Source: a virus | DNA: 64,000 nt | IMG/VR virus record: IMGVR_UViG_3300034072_000373 | Coordinates: 1-64,000 of that record | Reading direction: 5' to 3' (one strand) | Program-made: the position numbers and the translations under genes | Notes under the pieces: generated by a model | The model's database searches: none | Seen by the model: the letters and a program-made list of their open reading frames with translations, nothing else | Told to the model about the DNA's origin: nothing | In this document: in pieces, positions 47,546 through 57,003 of the stretch | How the letters are laid out: every line of letters begins with the position of its first letter | How positions within the stretch are numbered: position 1 is the stretch's first letter

Positions 47546-49978
47546 TTACGCAGTTGCACGATTTGCGAAATTATCCACATACGGAGTGAAACCAGCTTCG
47601 ATAGTGTTATTCGACAGAGTAACATCATCTACATACCAGTTTGTCACAAAGTTTGTGGGGAATGACCAACCGACAGGGTAATTCGCAAAGGATACCGTGT
47701 TGTCGCTAATCACCAGACCATCAGCCGACCAGAGTTGGCCTTCAGGACTGATTGTGATTACAGTCAGAGCATTGTCCTTATAACGTCCTTGGATCAGGAT
47801 GTTATTATCAATTACCCCTGTTGCACCATTCGACAAGTCGATCAGATAGTTCACACCCTGACCGAACGTATCGTCAATGGAGCAATTCCGCATATTGATA
47901 GCTCTTGCACGGCACTTCACATAGTGACCACCAGTGCCACGATCAAACTGGCAATTATCCAGTGTGAACGTGTTAATCTGCCCAATGTAAACACTATGAG
48001 CAGGACCACCTTCTGTGTAACCACAGCGGGTGAATCGGGTATTCTTGATTGTGATAAAGCTGTTGGCTCGATCACCACCAATGATTAGACCATTGTAACT
48101 ATCTCTGAAGATGCAGTTCTCAACGAGCAGAGCATCAGATTCATGTCTGATACCAGCTTCATTGGTTTCATCACCCTTCATGTTGCGGAATTCGATATTG
48201 CGGACAACAGACTCTACACCACGAAGAACGAGTGCAGCTTTCTGTTCAGCAATACCACCATCAAAGATGACAGGACCAAGGGTTGAACCTTGGTAAGTAA
48301 TGGAGCCACCATTCTGAACCACGGAATCACCATAGACACCGGGTTGAATTTCAATGGTTCCAGTCCCGTTACCAATTGCCCAAACAGCATCTGCGAGTGT
48401 GGCATATGAAGTGCCAGTCTCAAGGACAGTGAATGGGTTAGCTGGAGGGGGTGAGCCTTTGACACCATCAGGAACAATCAGAAGATAATTGGCTACACCG
48501 TCGATGGTGTAATCCAATCTCTGGTTCCCTCTATCTGTGGTCAGAGTTCTGGTATCGACATACAAGCTCTCAAAGGTAGCCTTCGAGATTGTCCCATTTG
48601 ACACGGGAGCATAGCTGATTACTGGATCAAGCCGCTTATATGAAAGGCGAAGGTAATTGATTTCCAGATTGTCTACGGAAGTCAGATAGCTACCCAACAC
48701 ATTGTTTGAGTAAAGTGTGCTATTTGCGGTTACGTAAACTTTGGTTGCAGTAAGTTCAGTAATACCGAACTTCACACCATTCACATAGAATTCAACATGA
48801 CCACCATCGCTTTCTGGATCATTGACCCATTCAGCTTCGAGTAGCATTTCCCCTGTATGGGGATTGAATTGATTGATGAGGGTGGAAGGGGTATAAACAG
48901 TTTGTGTTACACCATTGGCGCTTAGTCTGAAGAACAGAGCCTTCGACCAGTGGATACCAAAGGTAGCTTCACAAACACCACTTTCACCAATGCCAAGAAG
49001 AATCGTAGTGCTATCTTGCTGATGGGCATAGACCATAGCAGAGAAGCGGATTCTGGCTGGCATATCTGGTTGTGATGCTCCTGAGAATGCTAGTCCAGCA
49101 GCAGCGGATACAAGCCCTGAAGTCTTGGAGAGCACAACCTTATTCCCATTGTAGGTGGCTCCAGTGCCATCCACAGTGAGGGGAACAGATACCTCACCAC
49201 CACTTGCAGCAAAGCTACCGCCAATGACGGAATTCCACTGAGTGGTGTAGGTGGGCTGTGACGTATCAACAACACGCTGAGCCAGAGTTACCCCTGACTC
49301 AAATGCAGTTGTGATGTTGATTGTGGGATTGGCTGCCAAGACTGTCAGATTCAGCGGAGTGAGTTCACCACGATAAACATACAGAAATGGTAGATAGTCC
49401 CATTCAGGAAAGATGGAGGCAGGGTCTTGAAGGACACCACCACCAGTTGCAGCAACGGCTGGGCTTTCGCCTTCATCGTTGGTTGCATAAACATTCAGGC
49501 CAATGACCTTCAGTTTATCGTCTGTTGATGTAGCATATGAAACACCAACAGCACCGGGAATTGCCACACCATCCAAAGTCCATTCATATCTGAATGATGT
49601 TGGATTATTGAGCCAAGTGCCATCGGTTGCTTTAAGGAGAGTCTCCCCAGCAATTAGCTGACCTTGGATCGTTGGTGGCACGGTATTGATAGGGGTGAGG
49701 ACATCTCCATCAGAGATGCCTACCACCACATCAACCCCTTCAGTATTGGCATAGGCATACATAGCAATCCGCTTATTCAGATTGTTGTATGGAAGCTGTA
49801 GATCGACTTGATCGACCATGGCTTCATTTGGCACTGACCGAACTACTGGAACCAACAGATAAGACCCGGAGCCAATAGACCCCGGACCTGAAATGTCGGA
49901 TAGATCGACCAGATGCACATATCCATCTTTGCCCTTTGGACCCTCTAGAGGAGTCCCCACTAGATCAAACTCAATCAT
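47546..49978 (-). CDS. 810-aa paralogous fibre with one Ig-like repeat, a lectin-like domain and a C-terminal right-handed beta-helix
   Basis: N-terminus shared with the 1,480-aa protein; YATLADAV..TIEIQPGVY..NEAGIR..VENCIFRD..HSVYIG..GHYVKCRA pectin-lyase-fold repeats. Confidence 0.78.
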   Translation of the reverse strand: MIEFDLVGTPLEGPKGKDGYVHLVDLSDISGPGSIGSGSYLLVPVVRSVPNEAMVDQVDLQLPYNNLNKRIAMYAYANTEGVDVVVGISDGDVLTPINTVPPTIQGQLIAGETLLKATDGTWLNNPTSFRYEWTLDGVAIPGAVGVSYATSTDDKLKVIGLNVYATNDEGESPAVAATGGGVLQDPASIFPEWDYLPFLYVYRGELTPLNLTVLAANPTINITTAFESGVTLAQRVVDTSQPTYTTQWNSVIGGSFAASGGEVSVPLTVDGTGATYNGNKVVLSKTSGLVSAAAGLAFSGASQPDMPARIRFSAMVYAHQQDSTTILLGIGESGVCEATFGIHWSKALFFRLSANGVTQTVYTPSTLINQFNPHTGEMLLEAEWVNDPESDGGHVEFYVNGVKFGITELTATKVYVTANSTLYSNNVLGSYLTSVDNLEINYLRLSYKRLDPVISYAPVSNGTISKATFESLYVDTRTLTTDRGNQRLDYTIDGVANYLLIVPDGVKGSPPPANPFTVLETGTSYATLADAVWAIGNGTGTIEIQPGVYGDSVVQNGGSITYQGSTLGPVIFDGGIAEQKAALVLRGVESVVRNIEFRNMKGDETNEAGIRHESDALLVENCIFRDSYNGLIIGGDRANSFITIKNTRFTRCGYTEGGPAHSVYIGQINTFTLDNCQFDRGTGGHYVKCRARAINMRNCSIDDTFGQGVNYLIDLSNGATGVIDNNILIQGRYKDNALTVITISPEGQLWSADGLVISDNTVSFANYPVGWSFPTNFVTNWYVDDVTLSNNTIEAGFTPYVDNFANRATA

Positions 49979-50309
49979 GAGTTACCTCCGTTCTGAAGAT
50001 GAAAGGGATGGTCTGAGTTCGAGTCTCATATCCACCCGGAGCAGTCAGAAGAATATCTAGATCGTTACGACCTAGAGGCCAGTCACCAGTTAGGTTGTGG
50101 TAAACCAATAGTGCTGTGTAATCTTCATTGACCCAATAGCAGGAGATATCTGCAATTGGTGGAGCACAGCCCCTGCTACGTTCTTTCCTCAGTTGAGCAG
50201 TGGGAACCCAATGCTCGAAGAATTTCGGAGAGAATCCCTCCGGCAATTCTAGAGAGAAAATGTATGCGAACGTATTCCCTCGTTTGAAAGTGATTGGTTT
50301 GGTGATCAA
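49971..50309 (-). CDS. Small beta-rich fibre adaptor-like protein
   Basis: TTG start with an AGGAGG RBS; ITFKRGNTF..AQLR..T.DWPLG...DI...T.T.PF pattern, as seen upstream of fibre genes. Confidence 0.6.
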   Translation of the reverse strand: MITKPITFKRGNTFAYIFSLELPEGFSPKFFEHWVPTAQLRKERSRGCAPPIADISCYWVNEDYTALLVYHNLTGDWPLGRNDLDILLTAPGGYETRTQTIPFIFRTEVTHD

Positions 50310-50310
50310 C

Positions 50311-52905
50311 CTAACCTCCTGTGGCTTCTGATACGATTTCAACTATCTCTTCTTCTGATGCTCCATTGGGTATGGTGACTTCCTTTGACCAGTCTGGAAA
50401 ACAGACAAAGAAGGTTCCACCCAGCTTCACATCAGGATGATATATATCAGGATGGTTCTGCCACCTAGCTGCATTAACCAAATGCTCATTGGTGAACATA
50501 ACCGCTTCAATATCATCTGGAATTAGGAAATAGTTTGCATCATGAATTTGAGCACAAATCTTGATCTTATGTTTCCACTTGGACTTTCGCACTTTACCCA
50601 TAAATTCTGAGCCAGCACGAGAGTTTAGTAGACACCAAGATTGTCCCAAAGCATTGCCTGCTGTTCTTCCTTCAGCTTGGGCTTGATAAGGTGTCTTGGA
50701 GGTTCCCCGTATTACCTGATGGAGCAACGGAGTTCTGACACGCAAACCAAATGCAGCAGTGATATAGCCCACCTTAGAGGCTTTATCTAGCTGAGTATCG
50801 ACCCATGTATCACTAACCACATATAGTTCGTGATAACGCTGTTCGATCAGCTTTGCTTTCTCTTCAGTAAAACCACAATTCGCCATGAGGGTAACGTATG
50901 TGCCTGCATATGTCAGAGCAAAGGTAGGAACCTTAGATTCCTGCCTCAAATGCTTATAAACATCTGCAATGCTATTGATGGACTTGACACAGTTTGGATC
51001 AATGCCAGTCATCTGATCCTTGAAGTAGGCATATGCACGGAGGCAATGGCCATCATACCCATCGGTATAGACCTTCAGCTTCATTGGGTCTTTGGTAGTC
51101 AGGGCAGAGATTCGATCCTCAAGAGAGTCGAAATCCAAGCCACAGAACAGCCAGCCCGGTGGAGCTTTGAAGCACTTCTTTAGAATCTTCGCATACTTGG
51201 TTCCTGTAGACGGTAGATTCTGTAGGTTAGGCTTACTGGAAGATAGTCTGCCTGATACAGTTCCACCGAGGTTGAAATTGCCGAATAGGTAATGCCAACC
51301 GTCTTTGCCTTTCTGAGCACCTTCCAATGCTGGAATGAATGTAGAGAGAATCTTCTCCACATCCTTATATGCTAACAGAGCATCAAGGAAATCTAGGATA
51401 TCCTGATTGTCTGTATGCTTCTTCAGAGACTTCAGGGTGTCAGCATCACAGCTTGGCGCTTTGCTATCTGTGTATGCAATGACAGGCAGTTGCAGGAACT
51501 CATAGAGAATTTCCTGAATCTGTGGCCCTGAATTGGGATTGAATGTCTCATTGAAGTCAGAGGCATAAACACGTTTCTTAACGTATTTCTTATTGGCCTT
51601 ATAGGCCAAGTTATGATTGAGAATGTCCCTGTATTCTTTGATGATAAGGGAATTCTGAATCTTGGTAAGAGCTTCGTCGTAGTCTTTAGTCAAGGCTACC
51701 TTAGCTCTCTTCACTTCTTCCATATCGACAGGCAGACCAGTCAACTGCATCTGAATAATGTCCACCATCGCTGGTTTGAAGACAGTATTGTAGATGTCGT
51801 TTTGCTGGTCATAGACCATGATGGGATGGTTCTTATTGAACACATACCATGTCGCTAGGCCGTCAGTGAGATTGTATGTGAGTAGTTGTCTCTTTGGTAT
51901 CTTTGTAATGTCATTGATTTCGTCTTGTGCGTAATTTCCTGCATATTCATGAGCCAATGTCTTCAGAGACAGATCATTCCCTGCACAGCTATTGGTTGCA
52001 AGATAGCTGATTAGCTTCGTGCAATCCCAATAGGTGAGTAGAATTTTCAGACCTTCATGCAGACCTTCTTGGTCAAGTAGGTCATCCATGAATAACTGAT
52101 AGATCAAAGCATAAGCATCGTAAGCGATGTTATGATAGATGATCGTCCGTTTCTGCTTATACATTGCTATAAGGAAGTCTTTTAGATACTTCCTGATGAT
52201 GAGGTTCTTACGATTTACACCGTAATCATCATCACCCTTCGCATGGTAATCAACAGGAAAGGCAATTCCTTCATGTTGGTTCCAGCAAAGAGTTACGGTT
52301 CCAATCCCACAAGACCAATGCTTCAGTGAGAAGCCTTCAATGTCCAGTGTGATAGCACCTTTCATAGCTAGGATATTATCCAGCCATGCTTTGATCTCCT
52401 TTGGAGAATCAGGATATGCAGCAACCTTAATGATGTCACTGCCCAAGGCTTTGTAATTACTTTCCATGGTTCCCTGAAGGGCATCCATGGCAACCTTGAT
52501 CTGGTGAGTCACCTTTTCAGGATTGTAAAACATAGCTTGGTAATTGGGGATGTAGAACACCTTTTGCTTACCAAACTGACTATCCACAGGATAACCAATA
52601 AATGGTTCTGCTTTGGACTGTTTGGTATATGCTTTGAAGTATTCCGAATCCCCACAGAGAATATACTCTACACCGCAATCATCTAATACATCTTGGAGTT
52701 CTTGCGTGATATACTCACGCATTTCCGCCATTGGTGTCTTCTTCTTGCCGGGGGCTTGGAACAGGTCAATGACTACGAAGTCTGACCTGTCCAGAGTTCG
52801 ATTAACAAAATATGCTTTTGCTATTTCCTCTGTTTTGATTTTGGGAACCAAGATGGCAACTTTGTATTTGCCATCCTCTACATCAGAGAAAATATCATAT
52901 CTCAT
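50311..52905 (-). CDS. DNA polymerase, family A (N4 gp39-like)
   Basis: LDIEG and YHNIAYD exonuclease motifs, TVSGRLSSSKPNLQNLP, LDFDSLE (A), RQESKVPTFALTY (B), QIHDA (C). Confidence 0.96.
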   Translation of the reverse strand: MRYDIFSDVEDGKYKVAILVPKIKTEEIAKAYFVNRTLDRSDFVVIDLFQAPGKKKTPMAEMREYITQELQDVLDDCGVEYILCGDSEYFKAYTKQSKAEPFIGYPVDSQFGKQKVFYIPNYQAMFYNPEKVTHQIKVAMDALQGTMESNYKALGSDIIKVAAYPDSPKEIKAWLDNILAMKGAITLDIEGFSLKHWSCGIGTVTLCWNQHEGIAFPVDYHAKGDDDYGVNRKNLIIRKYLKDFLIAMYKQKRTIIYHNIAYDAYALIYQLFMDDLLDQEGLHEGLKILLTYWDCTKLISYLATNSCAGNDLSLKTLAHEYAGNYAQDEINDITKIPKRQLLTYNLTDGLATWYVFNKNHPIMVYDQQNDIYNTVFKPAMVDIIQMQLTGLPVDMEEVKRAKVALTKDYDEALTKIQNSLIIKEYRDILNHNLAYKANKKYVKKRVYASDFNETFNPNSGPQIQEILYEFLQLPVIAYTDSKAPSCDADTLKSLKKHTDNQDILDFLDALLAYKDVEKILSTFIPALEGAQKGKDGWHYLFGNFNLGGTVSGRLSSSKPNLQNLPSTGTKYAKILKKCFKAPPGWLFCGLDFDSLEDRISALTTKDPMKLKVYTDGYDGHCLRAYAYFKDQMTGIDPNCVKSINSIADVYKHLRQESKVPTFALTYAGTYVTLMANCGFTEEKAKLIEQRYHELYVVSDTWVDTQLDKASKVGYITAAFGLRVRTPLLHQVIRGTSKTPYQAQAEGRTAGNALGQSWCLLNSRAGSEFMGKVRKSKWKHKIKICAQIHDANYFLIPDDIEAVMFTNEHLVNAARWQNHPDIYHPDVKLGGTFFVCFPDWSKEVTIPNGASEEEIVEIVSEATGG

Positions 52906-53393
52906 ACAATCAACCTCAATGCCGAGTAATATTCGATTAGCTCCATTCCTTGGACAATATCGTCAGGTATCGGTGGCTCAACGATAGAGCGTGATAGAGA
53001 CGATATTTCCTTGGGGAAGCAATCCACTATACAGTCAGGAGAGTAATCACGGAAGGCTTGATAATTCCCACAGTGTTTCAATCTGATGGATAGGGTCTGT
53101 TTGCAGACTTGATAATCTGCATCCAATCTCTCTTCTTTTTTGACGAGAAAGTGGAATTTTTCCGCCATTTCCTCTGGAACATGATGGAAAACTCTTTTAC
53201 CTCTAGGCATATTCTTGAGGGTATATCTATGACCCTCTGCAAAAATGGCACTGCACTCTAGTCCCAGATACCTCTTAGCTTCTGAGACATATCTGTCTGC
53301 ATCGTCCTTCAGCCCTTGCTGTTGGACGGAGAATAGCTTCTCTAATGCAGACAGAATGAATGCAGTGGACCATTGAGTTCTGATGACCTTCAT
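52902..53393 (-). CDS. N4 gp38-like protein
   Basis: Lies between helicase and polymerase; RD..PDC..SLSR..IEYYSALRLI. Confidence 0.7.
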   Translation of the reverse strand: MKVIRTQWSTAFILSALEKLFSVQQQGLKDDADRYVSEAKRYLGLECSAIFAEGHRYTLKNMPRGKRVFHHVPEEMAEKFHFLVKKEERLDADYQVCKQTLSIRLKHCGNYQAFRDYSPDCIVDCFPKEISSLSRSIVEPPIPDDIVQGMELIEYYSALRLIV

Positions 53394-53400
53394 GGTTCAC

Positions 53401-54696
53401 CTATCGGACAAGACCGCCATATTTTTCTGTCAGGGAGCCATGGAAGCATACACGCTTCCTTGCACGAGAGCAGGCCACATACAATGCACGGGCTGCTTCA
53501 TCAGGCTTATTCATCTTGCTAAGGTTCGTAGCGTCGATGTAGACAGTCTGATAGGAGCTACCCTGAGACTTATGGAACGTGGAAGCATCACGTTGGCGAA
53601 GATCAGGATAACCTTCCTTTAGGCCAAACAATGTTGTCCAATCCTTCTGACGACCAGCATATTTGATGAGGTCTTGGAAGTGGTTTCGATCCAATGGAGC
53701 TTTCATCACAGGATAGCGAACGCCATACATGGATTCAAATTCCACAGGAACACAAGTCATCTGAGCGTCTCTGCCTACTTGAACAAGTTCCGTAGTATCT
53801 CCGACCCCAACAATAAGGACTTCCTGTTCGATAGATAGGCGGCCAGAGCTACCGATCTTGATTGCTGAGTTGGAGACGAGAGTTTCCCCAATGACGTAAG
53901 GCTGTGTATTTCCTCGTAGATCATGGATATGGTCATTAAAATCGAGGACACGCTCATTGGTGTAGGCAAGAATTCTGGACTCATGCCTTGGGTCTTGGAA
54001 GTTGTTGGCAATTTCATCCTCGAACTCCTCATCACTGAGCCAGTCAATGATGCCGGGAACTATCTTAATCGGATTGAACACTAGCGATTCAACGCTGGTT
54101 CGAAGCTGATTGTTTAGTCCCATGAGGTGTGGACAGGTTGTCCGCATTGGTTGCTTCAGTTCTAGCATCCGTAGATTACGGCGATAGATTGGGCTGAGTG
54201 ATTCCATAACTGGAGCCAACTGACAGTGATCCCCGACATACACGATCTTACATTCGTGAGTCCCTTGCAGGATATACTTCAGAAGATCGGAGTCGATGTA
54301 GGAACATTCATCAATGAAGATGATGACGTTCTGATGCACACGCCAGTTACCAGATGGACGAACTGATGAACGACCAGTTGAATAGTCATTCTTCACCACC
54401 AGATTCAGGAATGAATAAATGGTGGAAGTTGGACGTTTTGTAGCTTCACCAAGCACAGCAGCAGCTTTGTTGGTGGTAGCTGTCATTTCAACATCTGTAT
54501 ATCTTGGCTCAATGTCCATGAGCTTACAGGTGCTGAGATATTGGGGGATGATGTTGTCGATGAGATAGCCCATTAGGACTGTCTTACCTACACCACCGGG
54601 ACCAGAGATAATGATCTCTGGTTCATCATCATTGAGCAGGAACTCAAAGAAGGCATCAGCAGCAGCTTGCTGATCGGAATTCAGGGTTACACTCAT
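53401..54696 (-). CDS. SF1 Dda/RecD-like DNA helicase
   Basis: GPGGVGKT, ATTNKAA, FIDECS, GDHCQLAPV, TFHKSQGS, LYVACSRA. Confidence 0.93.
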   Translation of the reverse strand: MSVTLNSDQQAAADAFFEFLLNDDEPEIIISGPGGVGKTVLMGYLIDNIIPQYLSTCKLMDIEPRYTDVEMTATTNKAAAVLGEATKRPTSTIYSFLNLVVKNDYSTGRSSVRPSGNWRVHQNVIIFIDECSYIDSDLLKYILQGTHECKIVYVGDHCQLAPVMESLSPIYRRNLRMLELKQPMRTTCPHLMGLNNQLRTSVESLVFNPIKIVPGIIDWLSDEEFEDEIANNFQDPRHESRILAYTNERVLDFNDHIHDLRGNTQPYVIGETLVSNSAIKIGSSGRLSIEQEVLIVGVGDTTELVQVGRDAQMTCVPVEFESMYGVRYPVMKAPLDRNHFQDLIKYAGRQKDWTTLFGLKEGYPDLRQRDASTFHKSQGSSYQTVYIDATNLSKMNKPDEAARALYVACSRARKRVCFHGSLTEKYGGLVR

Positions 54697-54710
54697 AGAT
54701 ACCTCTAGCG

Positions 54711-54742
54711 AAAAAATAAGCCCCCATTACTGGAGGCTTATT
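54711..54742 (-). terminator. Terminator after the NTP-PPase gene
   Basis: AATAAGCC/GGCTTATT stem followed by a T run on the minus strand. Confidence 0.75.
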
Positions 54743-54744
54743 GT

Positions 54745-55191
54745 TCAAATGAATGGGTAAAGCTGTGGGGGCTTGTAATTTGGCCCCTTCATGATTTTAC
54801 CAACTTCATTCAGAATTGGTTCCCCATCGACAAACTTGGACCAGTTAGAAGCATCGACTTCTTCCGTGGCACCTACAATGTCGGTTTGAACCATATGAGC
54901 ACAACCAATGTTGGTCACAATCTGATCGCATAGAGCGTCCAGATAGTTCAGACGATTAGGAATCGAGAAGACTCCTTCACTCTGATAGCAATAGTCTTTC
55001 AGACCCATCAGGGCCAGCTTGGCTTTTGCTAGGACAACTTCACCTTCTGGTGAGTTTGATTGGATTTCCTGAACCATTTCAAGAACTTCCTCAAAGTGAG
55101 CACCCAATTGGGTGTGGAAGTCCTTGTTTGATACAGGCTGCTTCTTTCCTTTCTGAAACCATGAAAGGATACTGGCAATAGTGTTGGTCAT
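54745..55191 (-). CDS. MazG-like nucleoside triphosphate pyrophosphohydrolase
   Basis: HFEEVLE..LDALCDQIV..EVDASNWSKF..GKIMKGPNYKPP. Confidence 0.85.
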   Translation of the reverse strand: MTNTIASILSWFQKGKKQPVSNKDFHTQLGAHFEEVLEMVQEIQSNSPEGEVVLAKAKLALMGLKDYCYQSEGVFSIPNRLNYLDALCDQIVTNIGCAHMVQTDIVGATEEVDASNWSKFVDGEPILNEVGKIMKGPNYKPPQLYPFI

Positions 55192-55514
55192 GAATGTCTC
55201 GTGTTATATGCCTCGACAATCAGGTTGGTCAGCCACTTTTTAATGTGGATAGTTTCTACCTGATCGGCAAGCCATTCTTGCTGATCTTCGGTTAATGTGA
55301 GGAATATATCCTCAAAGAACGAACGGCGGGTATCACATGGCTGGATACCAATATCGACCATTCGTGCTTTCACGGAGGTTTGATGGACGCCCAGAGCTTG
55401 TCCAATTGTCTTCAGAGATAGACCAACATTATTCAGTTTGATTAGATCAGCATCTGTAAATTTACGAGATTTTCTTTCGGTCTTGGCTCTCTTACGAACG
55501 GTATTTGTGGTCAT
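55188..55514 (-). CDS. HTH DNA-binding protein (N4 gp35-like)
   Basis: LNNVGLSLKTIGQALGVHQTSVKAR..DTRRSFFE; start refined using the GGAG RBS. Confidence 0.8.
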   Translation of the reverse strand: MTTNTVRKRAKTERKSRKFTDADLIKLNNVGLSLKTIGQALGVHQTSVKARMVDIGIQPCDTRRSFFEDIFLTLTEDQQEWLADQVETIHIKKWLTNLIVEAYNTRHS

Positions 55515-55525
55515 GTCTAACTCCA

Positions 55526-55552
55526 AAGAAGACTCCCCCATTTCTGGGGGAG
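55526..55552 (-). terminator. Probable terminator after rIIB
   Basis: CTCCCCCA-GAAA-TGGGGGAG followed by TCTTCTTT. Confidence 0.65.
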
Positions 55553-55560
55553 CCTTTCAT

Positions 55561-57000
55561 TTATGCTGGCTTGGAAGCCACAATGATTTCCTCTTCGGAA
55601 GGACTGAAGCCCAGCTTATGCCAGCCGACCTTCTTTTCCTTCTTGAAGGCGTAGAGCTTCGCCCACTCTTCATTGTCGAACATTGCACGAGCAATGCCAT
55701 TACGGCTCATGGATTTGGCCGCTGTCACTTCAGCAACAGCAGTCTTAACGTCCAGTGCCTGAGACTTATCAAGAGTCACGTTGTCCGTGTCCTTGACGAT
55801 AGCAGCCGATTCCACCGTCTCTTCAGTGGTCTTTTCGATCACTTCCTGAGCGTTGGTTTCGGCATCCAGATCGGTGATAACCAGACCGCCGCCGTAGCCT
55901 TGGGTGATTTCCACCAACTGGACAGGTGCAGGATAGTTACCTGCCACTGCTGCTGCCAATGTCCGGGTGATGACATGATCGGCAGGGAACGAGACGTTGT
56001 TGGTCAGGTCAGTGTAGGTATCCTTGGGGATTTCTGCAATGATCTGATAACCACAGACTCGAACCTTGTCTGGCTCACCATGGGGAACCGCAAGAATATC
56101 CTCTGGTCGAATGACACAGAGAACAATCACATCATTGCCGTGGAAGAAGCCACGAATATACTTCTTCCGAGCAATGTGCAGGCCGTTGGAACAGCTTGCA
56201 TTGCGATTCAGGTCAACAAGGCTATGAGCCATGAAGACCTTGGAACCGACCTTCTGGAAGACCTTGCCGGTGTGCTTATCAGCAAACCGACCGTCATTAA
56301 GGCGACGAAGCACCTTATATGCCAGAATGTCACCAGCATTGGTGAAGGGCAGATCGTTCTTCTGAACGAACGTCAGACAGTCCTGAACGGAATGCTTACG
56401 TGAATCAATCACTGCACTGAGTCGTGCAATGAAATTGTTCAGCCCTTCTGGGTTATCGGTCTTGGCAGCATGAGCCACATGATCCTTCAGCTTTTCCATT
56501 TCTGGAACGACCTTATCACCCACAACAGCAATGATGGTTTCATCGCTATTGATCTTGGATGAAGTTGCAGGAGTTGCGTGCTTCATGATGTCTGCCACAG
56601 CATTGTCGATCTTGTCCGACTTTGCCTTGTCAGCCGTCACTGGAACGGTGACAACTTGTTCCACCTTCTTAGGAGGAACTTGACCGACTCGACCCTTTGG
56701 AGTCTCATCGTCTCCACCGAAGATAGCCTTGACGGCACTCTTCAGAACGCGGAAGAACTTGACCATGCCCTTGCCTTCAGTCTTTTCAGCATAGGTAGCG
56801 AATGGATCAGAATCCTCCCGGATTTCAATATCGGCATAGCCGTTATTGATGATGGGGTCTTTGCACTGAGCATAGACACCCTTCAAACGCTCATCCCCTT
56901 GGAGGATGACCATCTCTTCGATTGTTTCACTGCCTTCCTTGGCGTAAAACAACTGGAGCCTCGTTGTGTTGAGGTCCAACGCATATACACGGATTTTCAT
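55561..57000 (-). CDS. rIIB: rIIB-like protein
   Basis: LPFTNAGDILAYKVL..CSNGLHIA..Y..P.D...VP....KVRVCGY. Confidence 0.9.
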   Translation of the reverse strand: MKIRVYALDLNTTRLQLFYAKEGSETIEEMVILQGDERLKGVYAQCKDPIINNGYADIEIREDSDPFATYAEKTEGKGMVKFFRVLKSAVKAIFGGDDETPKGRVGQVPPKKVEQVVTVPVTADKAKSDKIDNAVADIMKHATPATSSKINSDETIIAVVGDKVVPEMEKLKDHVAHAAKTDNPEGLNNFIARLSAVIDSRKHSVQDCLTFVQKNDLPFTNAGDILAYKVLRRLNDGRFADKHTGKVFQKVGSKVFMAHSLVDLNRNASCSNGLHIARKKYIRGFFHGNDVIVLCVIRPEDILAVPHGEPDKVRVCGYQIIAEIPKDTYTDLTNNVSFPADHVITRTLAAAVAGNYPAPVQLVEITQGYGGGLVITDLDAETNAQEVIEKTTEETVESAAIVKDTDNVTLDKSQALDVKTAVAEVTAAKSMSRNGIARAMFDNEEWAKLYAFKKEKKVGWHKLGFSPSEEEIIVASKPA

Positions 57001-57003
57001 GGG

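Noticed and set aside
50311-52905. Intron, intein or homing endonuclease in the polymerase (also checked terL and vRNAP)
   Set aside because: The ORFs are continuous, of expected size, and show no intein or HNH motifs.
55438-56403. 321-aa plus-strand ORF
   Set aside because: Antisense shadow of rIIB caused by codon bias; no RBS or recognisable motif.
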